DNA of 64,000 nucleotides from the human T2T-CHM13v2.0 reference genome, Homo sapiens: NCBI GenBank assembly GCA_009914755.4, contig CP068257.2, positions 26,560,001 to 26,624,000 of the forward strand, read 5' to 3'. Shown piece by piece: positions 23,289 to 36,179 of this stretch (position 1 is its first letter; each line of letters starts with the position of its first letter). The notes under the pieces were generated by a model. It saw only the letters and a program-made list of their open reading frames with translations, ran no database searches and was not told where the DNA came from. The position numbers and the translations under genes were made by a program.

Positions 23289-23319
23289 ACCTGTTTGCAA
23301 GTTCTGTATTTTTCCATTT

Positions 23320-23540
23320 CTGCAAATTTAGGCTCTGCTTGACCACAGGCCCCAATTCCCAGTGTTTAAGCAGAGAAATGCTAGGTGACACAGAGAGGTC
23401 TATTGAGTTACCTGTTCATAACAACTGTACCTTCTCTCGTGAGATTATTATGAGGATTGAGTGCAATAATACCTGTAAAGGCCAAAGAAAAGGACTTAAC
23501 CCAGAGCAACTATTCAGTGGGTGCTAGCTGCTATTCTTAG
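23320..23540 (+). mobile_element. MIR SINE fragment immediately downstream of the ERV TSD (probable)
   Basis: taccttctctcgtgagattattatgaggattgagtgcaataatacctgtaaaggccaaag...agagcaactattcagtgggtgctagctgctattcttag matches the MIR 3' half (tacctacctcatagggttgttgtgaggattaaatgagttaatacatgtaaagcgcttagaacagtgcctggcacatagtaagcgctcaataaatgttagctattatt). Confidence 0.5.
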
Positions 23541-26500
23541 AATACTGAAAATGTTGACTTCATGCTTAAATGACATCAATTTGGCTCATGTGATGTTCTT
23601 AGCTCATTCAGAACGTTGTAAACAATTACCCATTTTCTTTTGGTTCTGCATATAGCTAGAATTTTTTTTTATTTCATTCTTGAAGTCGGTCTTGCTTTTT
23701 TGCCTGGGTTCCTGAAGATTTTTTTTTTAATCCTGGAATGTTGATAACTTGCCAAGATATGTCCAATACAAGTCAGGTTTTATGCATACTTTCTGGAAGA
23801 TAGTGTTTCTCTTTGACCTAAAAAAAAATTAGTCCTTCCTTCATGTAAGGGAAACTTTCATCTGTTATATCTTTCAGTCCTAATTTTCTATTTTTTCTTG
23901 GGTATTATATCTCAGGGACAGCGATTACCATTAACTAGGATTTTCTTTTTCAAAAATATACTTACTACCTTTATTTCCTTTAAACTCTGTTTTTTCTTTA
24001 CCTTTGAGCATTGTAAGTTTTTTATATTTCCCCTATTTTTGTAACTTAATATTTTCTCTTGACTTCATTCCCCCCCCACACACACACACAATGCAAATTT
24101 AAATGGCTTTTTCTTATAGTTAATATGTGCAACTTTGATAGCATCACAGCTTTAAATTTTTACTTTAGAGCTGCTTCTTTTTCTATCTTTTCTTTTACCA
24201 AACTACCAATTGCTATATCACCTCCTCTACTCAAAACACACTAACACACACAAACAATTGATTATTGCTGAAAACTAGACTATATTCTATTTGTTAGGAC
24301 TTAGCTTAATGTCAGTTAGAACAAATATTTAAATGAGACAATAGAAAACAGTTCGTTAATTTTATAATTAATTTTAAAAGAGATACATTATTTGATTAAT
24401 GCATACATGAATAACTAACTTTATTTAATAATTTGTCTGGAGTAACTCAACATAAGTGCTCCAATGTACCCCAAATTTGCTATTTTGTTTTGCTTCGTAA
24501 ATCAGAATAAAAGCTGTCAATAGTAAAGGTAAGTCACACAAAAATATTAATTGATCCAACACTTATAAAGTCAACACTTCATGTATTTCTAATGAATCAC
24601 ATTAGTTTTAAAATCTATTTAAAAATATATTTAAATTTGTATTGTTGGTACCACATAAAGTAACAAATAAAATTCAAATTTTGCTGTCCTTCCAAATCTA
24701 AATAATAGTATATATAATGTAAAGGCAAATACTTGAGTTACCATTAAATAATTGTTAATACATAAATTTCTCCTTCTATCTATTAATCCCAGAAACATAG
24801 AACATTTAAATTACAGAAGAATGTAAAAGAAACAACAGAGGTCATTTTGGATGTACTTTCTTCTCCATTTATCAGGAAATGAATTATTATAAGTATTATA
24901 AACAAGCAACTCTGATTACCAAGTAAATATGATCATGTATGAAGTCACACTTTATCTTATCTATGGAAAATTTCTCTCACTCAGTAAGTAGTAGGAAGGG
25001 ATACATATTTCACTAATCAAATTTGAAGAAAGATTCTGAAACCTGATGATTGTTATTTTTATTAGGATCTATCTAAATTCAGACATTCGTGGCCAACACT
25101 ACTAGTGTCCTGACAGATGTCTATTCTTCTTTCTTTTAATCAGAGAATTCTACTTTTCTGGGAGTTAGAAATACGCCCAGTTTAAAATACTTAGCTTTGC
25201 AAAATTCAATGCCACTGGAGTAATCATATACCGTGCTTCTTGCCAACAGGATTTAAGAAGTCTTTGAGCGTGACTTCCCTTCAAGTTGGTGAGAAAGTTT
25301 GCCTCAGTTGACAGTTACACACTTAGCCTTTAAGCTTTTGTCCTTCTCTCTCCCCTTGGAACACAGACATGACGGGCTGAAGCAGAGAAGCCTGAGGTTG
25401 AAGGCCATGTGCTAAGGATGGCCGATTGAGAAACTGAATAAAACAGGGGTATTTCACATCTATCATTTGCCGTGTTAGCCTTGAACACTCCACTTCCAGG
25501 CTTTTGTTATATCTAAAATAAACCACTTTCCAGTTCAGCCTCTGCTTACCAAGTTTCCATTACCACACATTCAATGCAGTCATGACAGAAAAATTTTATA
25601 CTGGTTTGTTTAATTTTTTTTCATTTATGATTTATCAGTAGCATTCATATGAACTTTGAAACAAAATCTTATTATTCTTTTCTCTAATTCCATCTTTCAA
25701 CATTTAAATTTTGCAGATATGGCATTGTAATAATCCCAATGAAATTAATTCAAGCTGAAACAAATTAAGTTATTTTAAAACTTCAATTTGAAAAAAGATT
25801 GTACGCTATTAAATATGAAATGATGACTATAAATTATACAAAGAACTTTTGCTTTTCTAATTCTATGTATAAACACTGGCATAAGTACCTAACGATGTTT
25901 CCTTTTGGGAAGTATCAGGGGTGGAAAGGGATGGCATAAAACTTATTCATTCACCCAGTGATCCCTGAATGATGACTACAACAATGAAAGAGGCTGAGTG
26001 ATGAGCAAAAATTTCAGGGAAGCACCGCAGAGATAGGAAGAGTATTATTTTTTAATCTTAAAACTCTCTCTTTATATGGGCTGATCTTTGTGACTTAAAT
26101 ATTAAAACTATGACTTGTTCTGGGCTAAAAGACAGCTTGAAAAATGCTAGCAACTCAGCAGTAATAATGACTTGAATGTCCATATTACAGAGCAGAAACT
26201 GAAAATACTTCCCTACCCTGTTCAATCTCACCCATGAAATTTCCCTCAATATTTTCAACAATTAATAATAAGGATCAATATATGTAAACCTGTGCTTGCC
26301 CTTAATGGGGAAGACACTCTTCCTATTGTCAGATGATAGCAAAAGCCCATGCCAAACAGTGTAAGGACTTGTAGGATCACAGATCCTCCAGATTAACAAG
26401 AACTGTTGAGCTCAGGGGCAACCCATGCAAAGAGAGGGCCTGATGCTTCCCCAGGCTAACAGAGACAAATGTCAGGGTGTCGGCAGAGTGAATTGCTCCT

Positions 26501-27747
26501 TTGCAACATAATGAATATAGGCTTTGTTACATAAAAATCAAATCATGCAAATGCAGTGCTTTCATCAAAACGGAGAAGGAAGAAATTAACTTAAAAACCT
26601 GTTACATATTGTCTTGCCTTATTCCATATAATCAGCATTCATTTCTTATTCTGAATTTCAGTAAAGTAAATTTGGTTATTTTGTGGAGCATGTTCATTCA
26701 TATCCAAAAAAAAACCTTCTGTTGTTTTCTTCAAGTTTTATAAACAGACCCTTTTCAGATATCAGACTATTTGATATCTTGACTCTTAAACTCTTGACTA
26801 ACTTAAAGTTAAGATTCTGACATCCTCAGTGGGATAAAAACTGTAAGTGGAGGTACTTGTAGTGATTTCTATCAACTAATCTTATTTGTCTAATTGTGCC
26901 ACTTTTTACTAAGCTCTTTCAATCCAAGTACTTTATTCTCATGACCTGAATAAGAGCTCTGTGAAATAAATACTATCAATATTTTATTTTACAATGAAGA
27001 CCCTGAGGCACAGAACCCCAATAACATAACGCACATAGCACTTTCCATTTCAGGAATTAGAGGAAGACCTAATGTCTATATTGCCAGAAGTTTTTATCAA
27101 ATTGAGATGGGAGGAGAATTTCGACACCACTTTTGATAAGACAACCACACTTTCTGAATCATTGAACTATAACCAGATTTCCTGCTTGCCTTAGCCAGTA
27201 TCAAGGATTTACCCATGAAAGCAGTTTTAGAAGCCATATCTTTTGAACGTTCACAGATTTATCGCCGTCTGTTTCACCTGAGTAGCACCTCTGAATGACT
27301 TTATAAATGACATTGATAGATGACATGCCATAGGGCGGATGGATTGTCAAGTACCTTTATTGCAAGAGCATTCTACTCAACTTTCTAAGGCAGTGACACA
27401 TATTAATATATCTGGAAATGTGCCAGACAAAGATTGAATGAAAAGGGAATTTCTATTTCTCTCTTGGTTAACCATTAAGTTCAATTAATGAAAATACCAT
27501 ACCTCATGCATTCCAGTTAATCAAATTGTACCTGTATTCAAGCATTTAATAGCAATTATAGCAGTCAACACCTAAAACATTTAGGTGAACAAGAATCTCA
27601 AACCTACAGAAAACTTGCAAGTATGGTAGAAATCACTTTTTTCTGAATTATTTAAAAATAGTTGCCAACCTGATGTTTCATTACACTCAGATATTTGTGA
27701 AAATTTGTGTGTGTGTTCTACAGAAAAAGGGATTTTACAAACAAATA

Positions 27748-28030
27748 AAAAAGAAATAAAGGAAGAGAGGAAATGAGAGAAAGAAGAAAGGAAAGAAAGA
27801 ACAAGAAAGAAGGAAGGAAGGAAGGAAAGAAAGAAAAAGAAAGAAAGAGAAAAAAGGAAGGAAGGAGAAAGAAAGAAGAAAGAAAGAAAGAGAAAGAAAG
27901 AAAGAAAGAAAGAAAGAGAAAGAAAGAAAGAAAGAAAGAAAGAAAAAAGAAAGGAAGGGGGAAGGAAGGAAGAGGAAAGGAAAGGAAGAAAGAAAAGGGA
28001 AAGGGAGGAAGGGAGAAAGAGGGAGGGAGA
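27748..28030. repeat. Long purine-strand (GAAA)n/(GGAA)n/(GA)n compound microsatellite (~280 bp, A/G only on plus strand)
   Basis: aaagaaataaaggaagagaggaaatgagagaaagaagaaaggaaagaaagaac...(gaaa)n...ggaaggaagg...gggagggagaa read directly. The 154-aa 'ORFs' on both strands here are translation of this tract. Confidence 0.95.
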
Positions 28031-28567
28031 ATACATACTCATAATATAACCATCAATATCAGGACACTAATGTTGATACCTTACTACAGTCTCATTCTCA
28101 GACCCTGTTCAACTTTTACCAATTATCCCCATAATATCCAGTGTACCGAAAAGTCCAAATCAGAATGGCATGTTATGTTTTGCTGCCATATTTCCTTTAG
28201 TCCCCTTCACTCTGACACAGCTGCTCAGTTTTGCTGACTTTCATGACCTTGAACTTTTGAATATTACAAGCATTAGCTTTTGTAGAATTTATCTCAATGT
28301 GGGTTTACCTGCTGTTTTCTTGATATTAGATTCAGGTTAGCATCTTTGGTAGGCATAAGACAGAAGTGATGAGGTGTCCTTTCATTCTATCACATTGTGC
28401 CCAAGTTTGATTTGTCTTCTCACCAACTTCCTATTACCTTTATCACTTGACTAAAGTGATATCTGCCAGGCCTCTCCATTGTATTCTCTATCCCTTTGCA
28501 ATTAGTATTTTGTGGGAAGTAAACACCCTGTTCCTCAGCAAAAATTTCAACTTATTCATTTACTTAT

Positions 28568-28893
28568 TGTATTAGTTCATTTACATGCTGCTGATAAAGA
28601 CATACCTGAGACTGGGCAATTTACAAAAGAAGGAGGTTGATTGTACTCACCATTCCACATGGCTGAGGGGGGCTCACAATTATGGCAGAAGGCAAAGAGG
28701 AGCAAGTCACATCTTACGTGGATGGCAGCAGGCAAAGAGAGCTGGAGCATAGAAACTCCTGTTTTTAAAAAACATCAGATCTCATGAGACCCATGATTCA
28801 ATCATCTCCCAACTGGGTCCTTCCCACAACACGTGGAAATTACGGGCGCTACAAGATGAAATTTGGGTGGGGACACAGAGTCAAACCATATCA
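28568..28893 (-). mobile_element. Solo ERVL-MaLR LTR, THE1/MST family, with small internal deletion; putative 5-bp TSD cttat/tttat
   Basis: tgtattagttcatttacatgctgctgataaagacatacctgagactgggcaatttacaaaagaaggaggtt...cacaattatggcagaaggcaaagaggagcaagtcacatcttacgtggatggcagcaggcaaagagagc...gggtccttcccacaacacgtggaaattacgggcgctacaagatgaaatttgggtggggacacagagtcaaaccatatca. Confidence 0.8.
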
Positions 28894-29230
28894 TTTATTT
28901 ATACCTATACTGGTTCATAGTTTCCAATTTTTATTAGGTGGGTTATAATTATTTAACAAAATTTTTATTTTAATCTTCAAATGAACCTTTTTTGGGCCAG
29001 TAGCAGTTCTTTCAAGGTGCTTTCTTTTTCTTTTGCCATGTTTCCAACATTCCTGGCTCAACAAGATATACCAGGTTCATCTAATATTTGCCCTGCTCCA
29101 ACACTGGAATCAGTCATTTCTCAAGAGCCCCTGGAGAAGCCAAGATCTGGGTGTACAGTGTGTGCTTATTGCTTTTGAAGTATTGCTACTCCAGTCCTTC
29201 CAAGTGGAAGGAAGCCTCGTGAATATATGT

Positions 29231-29290
29231 ATACACACACAAACACATACACACATGCACATACAGACACACACACATATACAGACACAG
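29231..29290. repeat. Imperfect (CA)n microsatellite
   Basis: acacacacaaacacatacacacatgcacatacagacacacacacatatacagacacag. Confidence 0.85.
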
Positions 29291-30413
29291 AGTTTTACAT
29301 CTATATGTATTTCTAGATCTAGCTATAAATCCTGAAAACCGTGAGTTCATACCAATAACTAATTCCAATCTAACCTCACAGGGCCTATTCTGGTTTTCTT
29401 TATTTCTTTCCATAAATGCAAACTCCTTCTCCAACAATGAGAAACCCAGATCTCATTGTGCTTACATATTTACCTATTTGATAAGATGCCCTGTATATAA
29501 CCAAACTCCTGCCTCTGCCATGACCCCTGATCCATCCAGGTTTACTGCTTACCCAACCCTGGAAGCCTGGGCTGCCTGCCACATGAAGTCCCTTATCCCC
29601 TTGTAGAACACTTGCCAGGTAACATACAGGATGCTCAGTTAAATTTGAATTTCAGAGCAACAACGAATTATTTTGTAGTATCAGTGTGTCCCAAGAAAAG
29701 TTATACTGCTTATATGTATAACTATTATTTCTTTAAAAGCATCAGTATAGTTTCATTGTTTATCTGAAGTTTAAATTTAACTGGGGGTCTCGTGTTCTGA
29801 CACCACAGTTCAGGCTTCTCTTAGCATAGGTCCGACTTTGTATTCACTTGCTGCTCGCTTCATATACATGTCCCTTCCCTTCACCTTAGCACTCTGGCTC
29901 CCCCAGCTAAGCTGACCCTCTGTGAGACACAATTTCTCATTCTACTGTGTGCTGTGACACCCTGCACTGAGTTGGGCTGTGACGTCCAGCCAGCCTGAAA
30001 TTCGCCAGGCCCTTCCTCAGCTCCGCCACCTGGTCCAGGGCAACCCACCCGTTACGGGCTGTCCTCTCACTCTGAAACCTCACCTTGAGCCACTACACCT
30101 CTCCCCAACTCCCTTGTGGATGTCTATGTCCTGCTTCACCCAGTATTTTTAGGACCCAATGTTCAGAGAGGGAAAGAGAGGGAGGAAGGAAAAAGAAAGA
30201 ATTCTGAAACATATTTGAGGATAGATTGCAGAGTTTAACACTAAGTGCTCATTTCATGATAATAGATCATCATGAAAAACACAGGAAAGTTCTACTAACA
30301 GCAAGAATAATTTATAATTTCTATTTGCTTCCAAAAACAGAAATAAAAGGTCAGAAGTAAACCGTTTTGGACTGTTTTTCCCCAAGTGTGAATAGTAATA
30401 AGCCTGCTTTGTT

Positions 30414-30556
30414 AGGAGAAAGAAAAAAATCAAGACGGAGGGGAGAAGAGGAAGAGAAAGAAAAGAATAAAAGAGAAAGAGAAAAGGAAAGAGAAAAAAA
30501 GGGAGGGAGGGAAGGAAGGAAGGAAGGAAGAAGGAAGGGGAGAGGAAAAGAGGGGA
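30414..30556. repeat. Purine-strand (GA)n/(GGAA)n compound microsatellite (~140 bp)
   Basis: gagaagaggaagagaaagaaaagaataaaagagaaagagaaaaggaaagagaaaaaaagggagggagggaaggaaggaaggaaggaagaaggaaggggagaggaaaagagggg. Same strand polarity as the tract at 27748-28030, 2.4 kb away. Confidence 0.9.
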
Positions 30557-31639
30557 ATCTATTATGTATAATGTTAAACATTTAAATGGTATGAAATGCT
30601 TTAAAACACTAAAATTTTACATTTTATTACTTGAATAAGAAATCTACACAATCTGGTAGATGAGGCAGGGAATGTTGCCTCCCCTATGTATATATTTTTT
30701 TCTTTTTCTTTTGTTACAAATCTTTATTTTATTTGTGCTAGCAAAGTGCCCAGACCTAAGTGATAGTAGACAATTTATGTAATCTAGTGAGTCACAAATG
30801 AGACAATTCTATACCCCTAGGGAGTGGTTTGAATACTGTGGATGTATTTTTGGTTTCAAAATTATTGGGAAGAGGAACTAGCTTGGTGAACATGACATGA
30901 GACAATCTAACATACTGAAGAATTATTCATTCAAAACATCAAAAGTGCTTCCATGGAGAAACACTGGTATAAGCCTAAAGCTGCACTCCACCCCTAGTTT
31001 TCCATCCTTTCTAGCAGCTTACACATGGCGAGAGTACCCAGTTCTAATCAATGAAACCTCAAAGGAAATGTGAAGTTGCTCTAGGAAAGCTATTTGTTTC
31101 TAATGAAAGATGACATCATAGAACTCACCATCACTTTCCACTTCTTTCTTCTTCGAAAGCAGCCATCTGTGTCCAAGAGAACTATAGAGGCACTAGATGT
31201 TGCACTGTTAAGAGCTGAGCCAAAGCTGCACCTCCCTTCCTCCAGCTACGGAAGGAAAATAAATCCTTACTTGTTTAAGCCACAGAGGTCAGTTTTTCTG
31301 TTATTTTCAACATAGCACATTCCTAACTAAAACTATGGTATTTTTATTTCAAGAAGAGAACATTTAAATGTTCGGCTTTCAGGGATCTCCTGATTAGAAG
31401 AGATGACTACGAACTCCCCTTTCAACCTATCTTGATGATCTATATTAGATGAGGTGACAGAGGGAGGGAGGAGAACTAGAAACAGGGATATCTCCTAGTT
31501 TGGTATAAATGCAAAGAAGACTTCATTAAAGGCTTATTGAATGGTGAATGCCTTGAATGCTGCCTCTTAGTGCCCAGTAGCCCGAGGGCTATGAAGCATG
31601 TGAAAGTGACATAGAGAATTTATTCTCTAGGGGCTAAAG

Positions 31640-31810
31640 GACCTATCTGTTAATAACACTTTCTAACTGCTTGACATTCAGCTAAATACTTAACCTAAGA
31701 TTCCTCAGTTACATGAAGGTAATAATGGTTGCTACCTCAAATGGCTCTTGTGAGGATTAAATGAGGTAATGCTTGTATACAGTGCAAAGTATAGAGTAAG
31801 TATCAATGAA
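31640..31810 (+). mobile_element. MIR SINE fragment
   Basis: cctaagattcctcagttacatgaaggtaataatggttgctacctcaaatggctcttgtgaggattaaatgaggtaatgcttgtatacagtgcaaagtatagagtaagtatcaatgaag matches MIR cctcagtttcctcatctgtaaaatggggataataatagtacctacctcatagggttgttgtgaggattaaatgagttaatacatgtaaagcgcttagaacagtgcctggcacatagtaag. Confidence 0.65.
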
Positions 31811-34139
31811 GGTAAAATACTGGTGATTTTTCATACTCTCTACATAATTTTAAATTGTGTTTCTTTGGTTAATTACTTTTGGCTGTTACTTTTTTTGTTG
31901 GTAGTGAATTTAAGAACCATGAGAAGAATGTTATCCAGCAAATGCTGTATACTTTAACATGCTTATAAAGACTTTTTAAAAGTAGCTTCATGTATCCCTT
32001 CTTCATTTTTATAGTGGCAATTTAAGCTAACTAGCTGGCATTTTATCATGCATTTACAGATCCACAACTCTAGTAAATAAAGTTATCAGACAGGAATACA
32101 ATTCAGAAATATATTTAAAGAGCAAAGCTTATTTTTCTAAGAATTTTACTTTGTTGATTTAAAAAAACAATATTTTATTGTCTTATCTAAGTGAATTTCA
32201 TATCCATGACAAGTTTGTTAATGTTATTTAATCCCCTCAGCATATCAATTTAAAGATCAAAGGTTAAAATTTTATAAAACAAATTGTGAGGTAATGCAAT
32301 GTCAATCTTGTAATGTTTTATGAGAATAATGCAATTAAATTATAATATATAAAATTCTTACATTTCTAATCAAAGCTTCATAAAATGAACATATTGTATA
32401 GAGTGATTACAAACTGAAAAAACAATTTTCTTAAATAGAAGATGTGACAGAACATAGTTAAGAGGATTTACTAGGTAATACATTTTGAGGACTTCTTAAA
32501 ACAATAAACTACACATCTTTAATATTTTTAAAACTGCCAGAAGTCTGTATTTAATATAGGATCATGCTGTATTTTTGAACCTCTGTTTTGTTGTAATGAT
32601 ATCATACTGAAATGTAATGCAAAGTAAAATGTATACAATGTAAAACGCAAGTCTTACATATGTTGCTATTGGATACACTGCTTATAAAGCTAAGGATAAA
32701 AGATAACTCTAAACTCTGAGTCATACAACAGTTATAAAGCAAATATGCACATTTATATCTCAAAAGATAAAATTGCAACTGTTACTAAGCAGGAGTAAAT
32801 TCTTTGCTGAATCATCCTTATTGCAAACATGTTTTGTCATTAGTGGCTAGATTGCCCAATTCAATTTTCCTACGTATCAATCAGTGCCTAACGTTTTAAT
32901 TTTACTAACCCCTTTGGAACTATTATCACATCCTAATATTAATGCCAATTGTAGTAATTGTGCGCTAAATTCCCTTTGCCTCTAAAACATATCTTTTCCA
33001 TAAATGTATGTGAACATTTCTGAAGACTCATTTTTACTAACATGTATTTTATTATATAAACAGAAATATGTATGACAAATATATAAAATAACAGACATTA
33101 ATCATACATTAAGATACTATTATAAAACGGAAATATTTGGAAATTCACCTTAGAAGTTTTAAAAGGAGTTGACAAAGAGTTTAAGTTTGTTTTTCTACCA
33201 GTCTGTAATATTTATGAAGTCAGACAGATCTGTGTTCTCCTGTATGTAGCCCTAAACACCAAGCCCAATGCTTGGAATTTAATAGAGGACCAATGAGAAT
33301 TTGTTGAATTGAAACCAATTGATCCTTATTATGCTTTCTAGAAACAGGGAAAAGAAAAAATTTGAAAGACTTGGTAATTTCTCTTTCACAAAATGATCAT
33401 TCAAGTAGATATTAATAGAAACAGCTTTCACGATTCCCTAATCTTTTTTGCCCTGGCAGGATGTTGTCTATTTCCTTTCTTTCCAAACTCCATGCCATTT
33501 CATAGCTCATCTCCAGAAGTTTCTTTATGCTAGGGTGATTCATGGCCCAAGAGTCTGTTATGATTTTCCTTACCTAGGGCATTACATTAGAAAAAATGAA
33601 GCTTAAAATCACATTAATTATATGATATTAAATAGACATAGCTACATTTAAACAATGATGTATACATTATGATTAAACTATTTGACTTATTTACTTGTGT
33701 TGCCAGGGTTTGGAAGAGAATATGCAACAATTAGAATTATGTAATGTTGATGGCATTATGATAATTTTTATCCCTACTGCTGCACAAACTTATAATTAAA
33801 GTTAAAACAATTTCTCTATGCCTGGTAACTACTTCATATTATTAATTTATATGGAGTTTGAAATCGATCAAAAGCCATCTACCTGTCTTTTGCAAATAAA
33901 CTGTCCTTAGTCCACCTCTTTACACATCCTGGATTTATATAGCTAATGTCTTCAAAATAGTATAGGATTTCACATTTGAAGTTTAATTTTCATATAGTCA
34001 ATTTTATTTCAGCCTATGGATATCCTTTTAAATATTCTTACAAATTAGCTATCCCTTCTAGCTTTGGGCAATATGAAAATACTACATGTAATTTATTTAA
34101 ATAAAATAACACACATGCACACAAATAAGTTAGATGAGG

Positions 34140-34480
34140 CCACATGCATTTCATCTGTCTTAGCCAGTTTGGACTGCTATACCAAAATACCATAGACTGA
34201 GTGGCTTAAATTATAGACTTATTCTCACACTTCTGAAGATCCAGGTGCTGCCGCATTTGGTTTCTGGTGAGTACTGTCTTCTTGGTTTGCAGACAGCCAG
34301 CTTCTGGCTATATCCTCATGTAGTAGACAAACAGAATATCTTTCTCCTCTCTCTTCTTATGAAGGCACTAATGCCATTTATGAGGGCTGTACCCTCATAA
34401 CTTAATCACTCCCAAAAGACTCACTTCAAAATATTATCACATTATGGATTAGGGTTTCAGCATATGAATTTAGGGGGAAC
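34140..34480 (-). mobile_element. ERVL-MaLR LTR fragment (MLT/MST-like); orientation by analogy, family unresolved
   Basis: ccagtttggactgctataccaaaataccatagactgagtggcttaaattatagacttattctcacacttctgaagatccaggtg...cctcatgtagtagacaaacagaatatctttctcctctctcttcttatgaaggcactaatgccatttatgagggctgtaccctcataacttaatcactcccaaaagactcacttcaaaatattatcacattatggattagggtttcagcatatgaatttagggggaac. This is the widespread MaLR-type LTR body: ...gctataacaaaataccacagactgggtggcttaaacaacagaaatttatt...ggaggctggaagtccaagatcaaggtg...cctcacatgg...ttataaggacaccagtcatattggattagggcccaccctaatgacctcattttaacttaat...tacagtcacattctgaggtactgggggttaggacttcaacatatgaattttgggggga. Confidence 0.5.
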
Positions 34481-36179
34481 ATAAACATTTAGTCCATAGT
34501 ACCATCTGAGGATGCTTTTCAAGTTGATAATGTTCAAATTTTCATCTCTCTGTCCTTGCAAACATTATTTAATCAGTCTATATATTATCAGCTTATCCAC
34601 CAATGATTTATGAGATTGTATTTCTGATTAACTTATCAGAAACCAAGATACTCTATCATGGTTATTGTTTTACCAGTTAAGTAAGACTTACAGACATAAC
34701 AACTATGAGATAGTCCAGGTCTATTTAATAGAAAAGAGCTGCACACATATTCTGAAGTAGTTTGCTAACCTGAATTTGCATAAGAATCCACTAAATAAGC
34801 TTTAGAGAGCTGATGAGAATCCACTAAATTAGTTTGAGTGGATTCTTACGTAATTTCTAAATGCAGGTCTCAGGACACCATCCCCAAAATATGTTGATTC
34901 AGTAAACCTGTGGGGTTAATAATGAATCTACATTTACAATAGGGACTCCACTTCCCTAGGTTTTTTGTACATGATTGATCCTTGAACCATACTTTTGAAA
35001 AACACTGGAAGTTATATATTATGGAAGGAAAACAATATGTACTAATTTCAACCCAGAGAACTATGATGTGGACACATCTGAAGTGCAATATCAATAATAT
35101 TTAATATGTATCCTACACAGTGAAATAGAAAAGAACAAATAATCCAACAGGGAATATATACTTTTATATTATGTGGTAAGACAACACATAAAAATAAAAT
35201 AAATAAGATGTGACAGTAGAAATAAAGTTTTTTTCACATAAACCTTGGTTCAAGAATATAAGAAAATAACTAAGTATTAATATGTAAAAATTGCAAATGT
35301 TACAATACTGCAAGCAAGATTTCTAACCATCTTCTGGGTATGTGACTTTTACTTTTCTGCATATGTGGATATGTCAACAACTGGAATGGTAATGTGCTTT
35401 TCTTAGAATTATAAACAAGTTATGTAACAGTTTGGTGGTCCAAAGACATCCTCTAACATGTGTGGGTCTCTAAAGATACGATTTGGCTGTCAAGCCTTTT
35501 CTATTTATAGGAAAATAATACATAACGTATAAATTTCTAAACAGTATTAATTCTTTTTGCTGACATTTACCTATTTGTTTTTATTCAGTTTTATCTTTGC
35601 AATTTCTTACAAAATAAAATATTTTTCATTTTTATGTTGCCATGTGACTACATCTGAATATCAAATTTTTCCAAAATAGTAATCTGATTGTGTAACATCG
35701 TGGCTTAAAGCCCTTCAGATTCTTCACATGACTCTTAAGATGATATCCAAATTCTGGACATGACCCACAAGACCACTGCCAGCCAAGCCCTCCAGTCGGC
35801 CCTCTCTGGGTTCTTCATACCAGCTCTCTCCAGCTTAGCCACAACTCATCAAGATCTTGGTATATAACAGATACTGTCCCTAATGCATTATGGAACAAAT
35901 CACCTTCAATCCCTGCTAAAGATGTTCCAGATAGAATGAATTTTCTTTTCTTTTCACAAATTGATCATTTGAAAAGAAAAGGAAGCTTTGCCATGTTTGT
36001 CATGTCACACAATACCACATCAGTTACGAAATGATGAGGCTCAGATTTGAACTCAGACAAGTCTAAATCCAAAACCCTAATTCTCACCATTGCATTACGG
36101 GGCTTGCTCTTTGAATTTTCAAATATGCCTTCTTTCTCTATTCTTCAAAGTGTCTGGAAAACTATCCTTGTTCCCAGAG

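Noticed and set aside
27773-28237. 154-aa plus-strand ORF (MRERRKERKNKKEGRKEG...) and overlapping 153-aa minus-strand ORF (27581-28042)
   Set aside because: Both are translations of the (GAAA/GGAA)n homopurine tract and give K/R/E-rich or S/F/L-rich low-complexity peptides. Not genes.
27748-30556. Possibility of a CRISPR-like array from the regularly spaced GA-rich repeats
   Set aside because: They are simple microsatellites with no unique spacers, the host is eukaryotic, and there are no cas-like ORFs anywhere.
30351-30585. 72-76-aa ORFs on both strands
   Set aside because: Translation of the second purine microsatellite. Low complexity.
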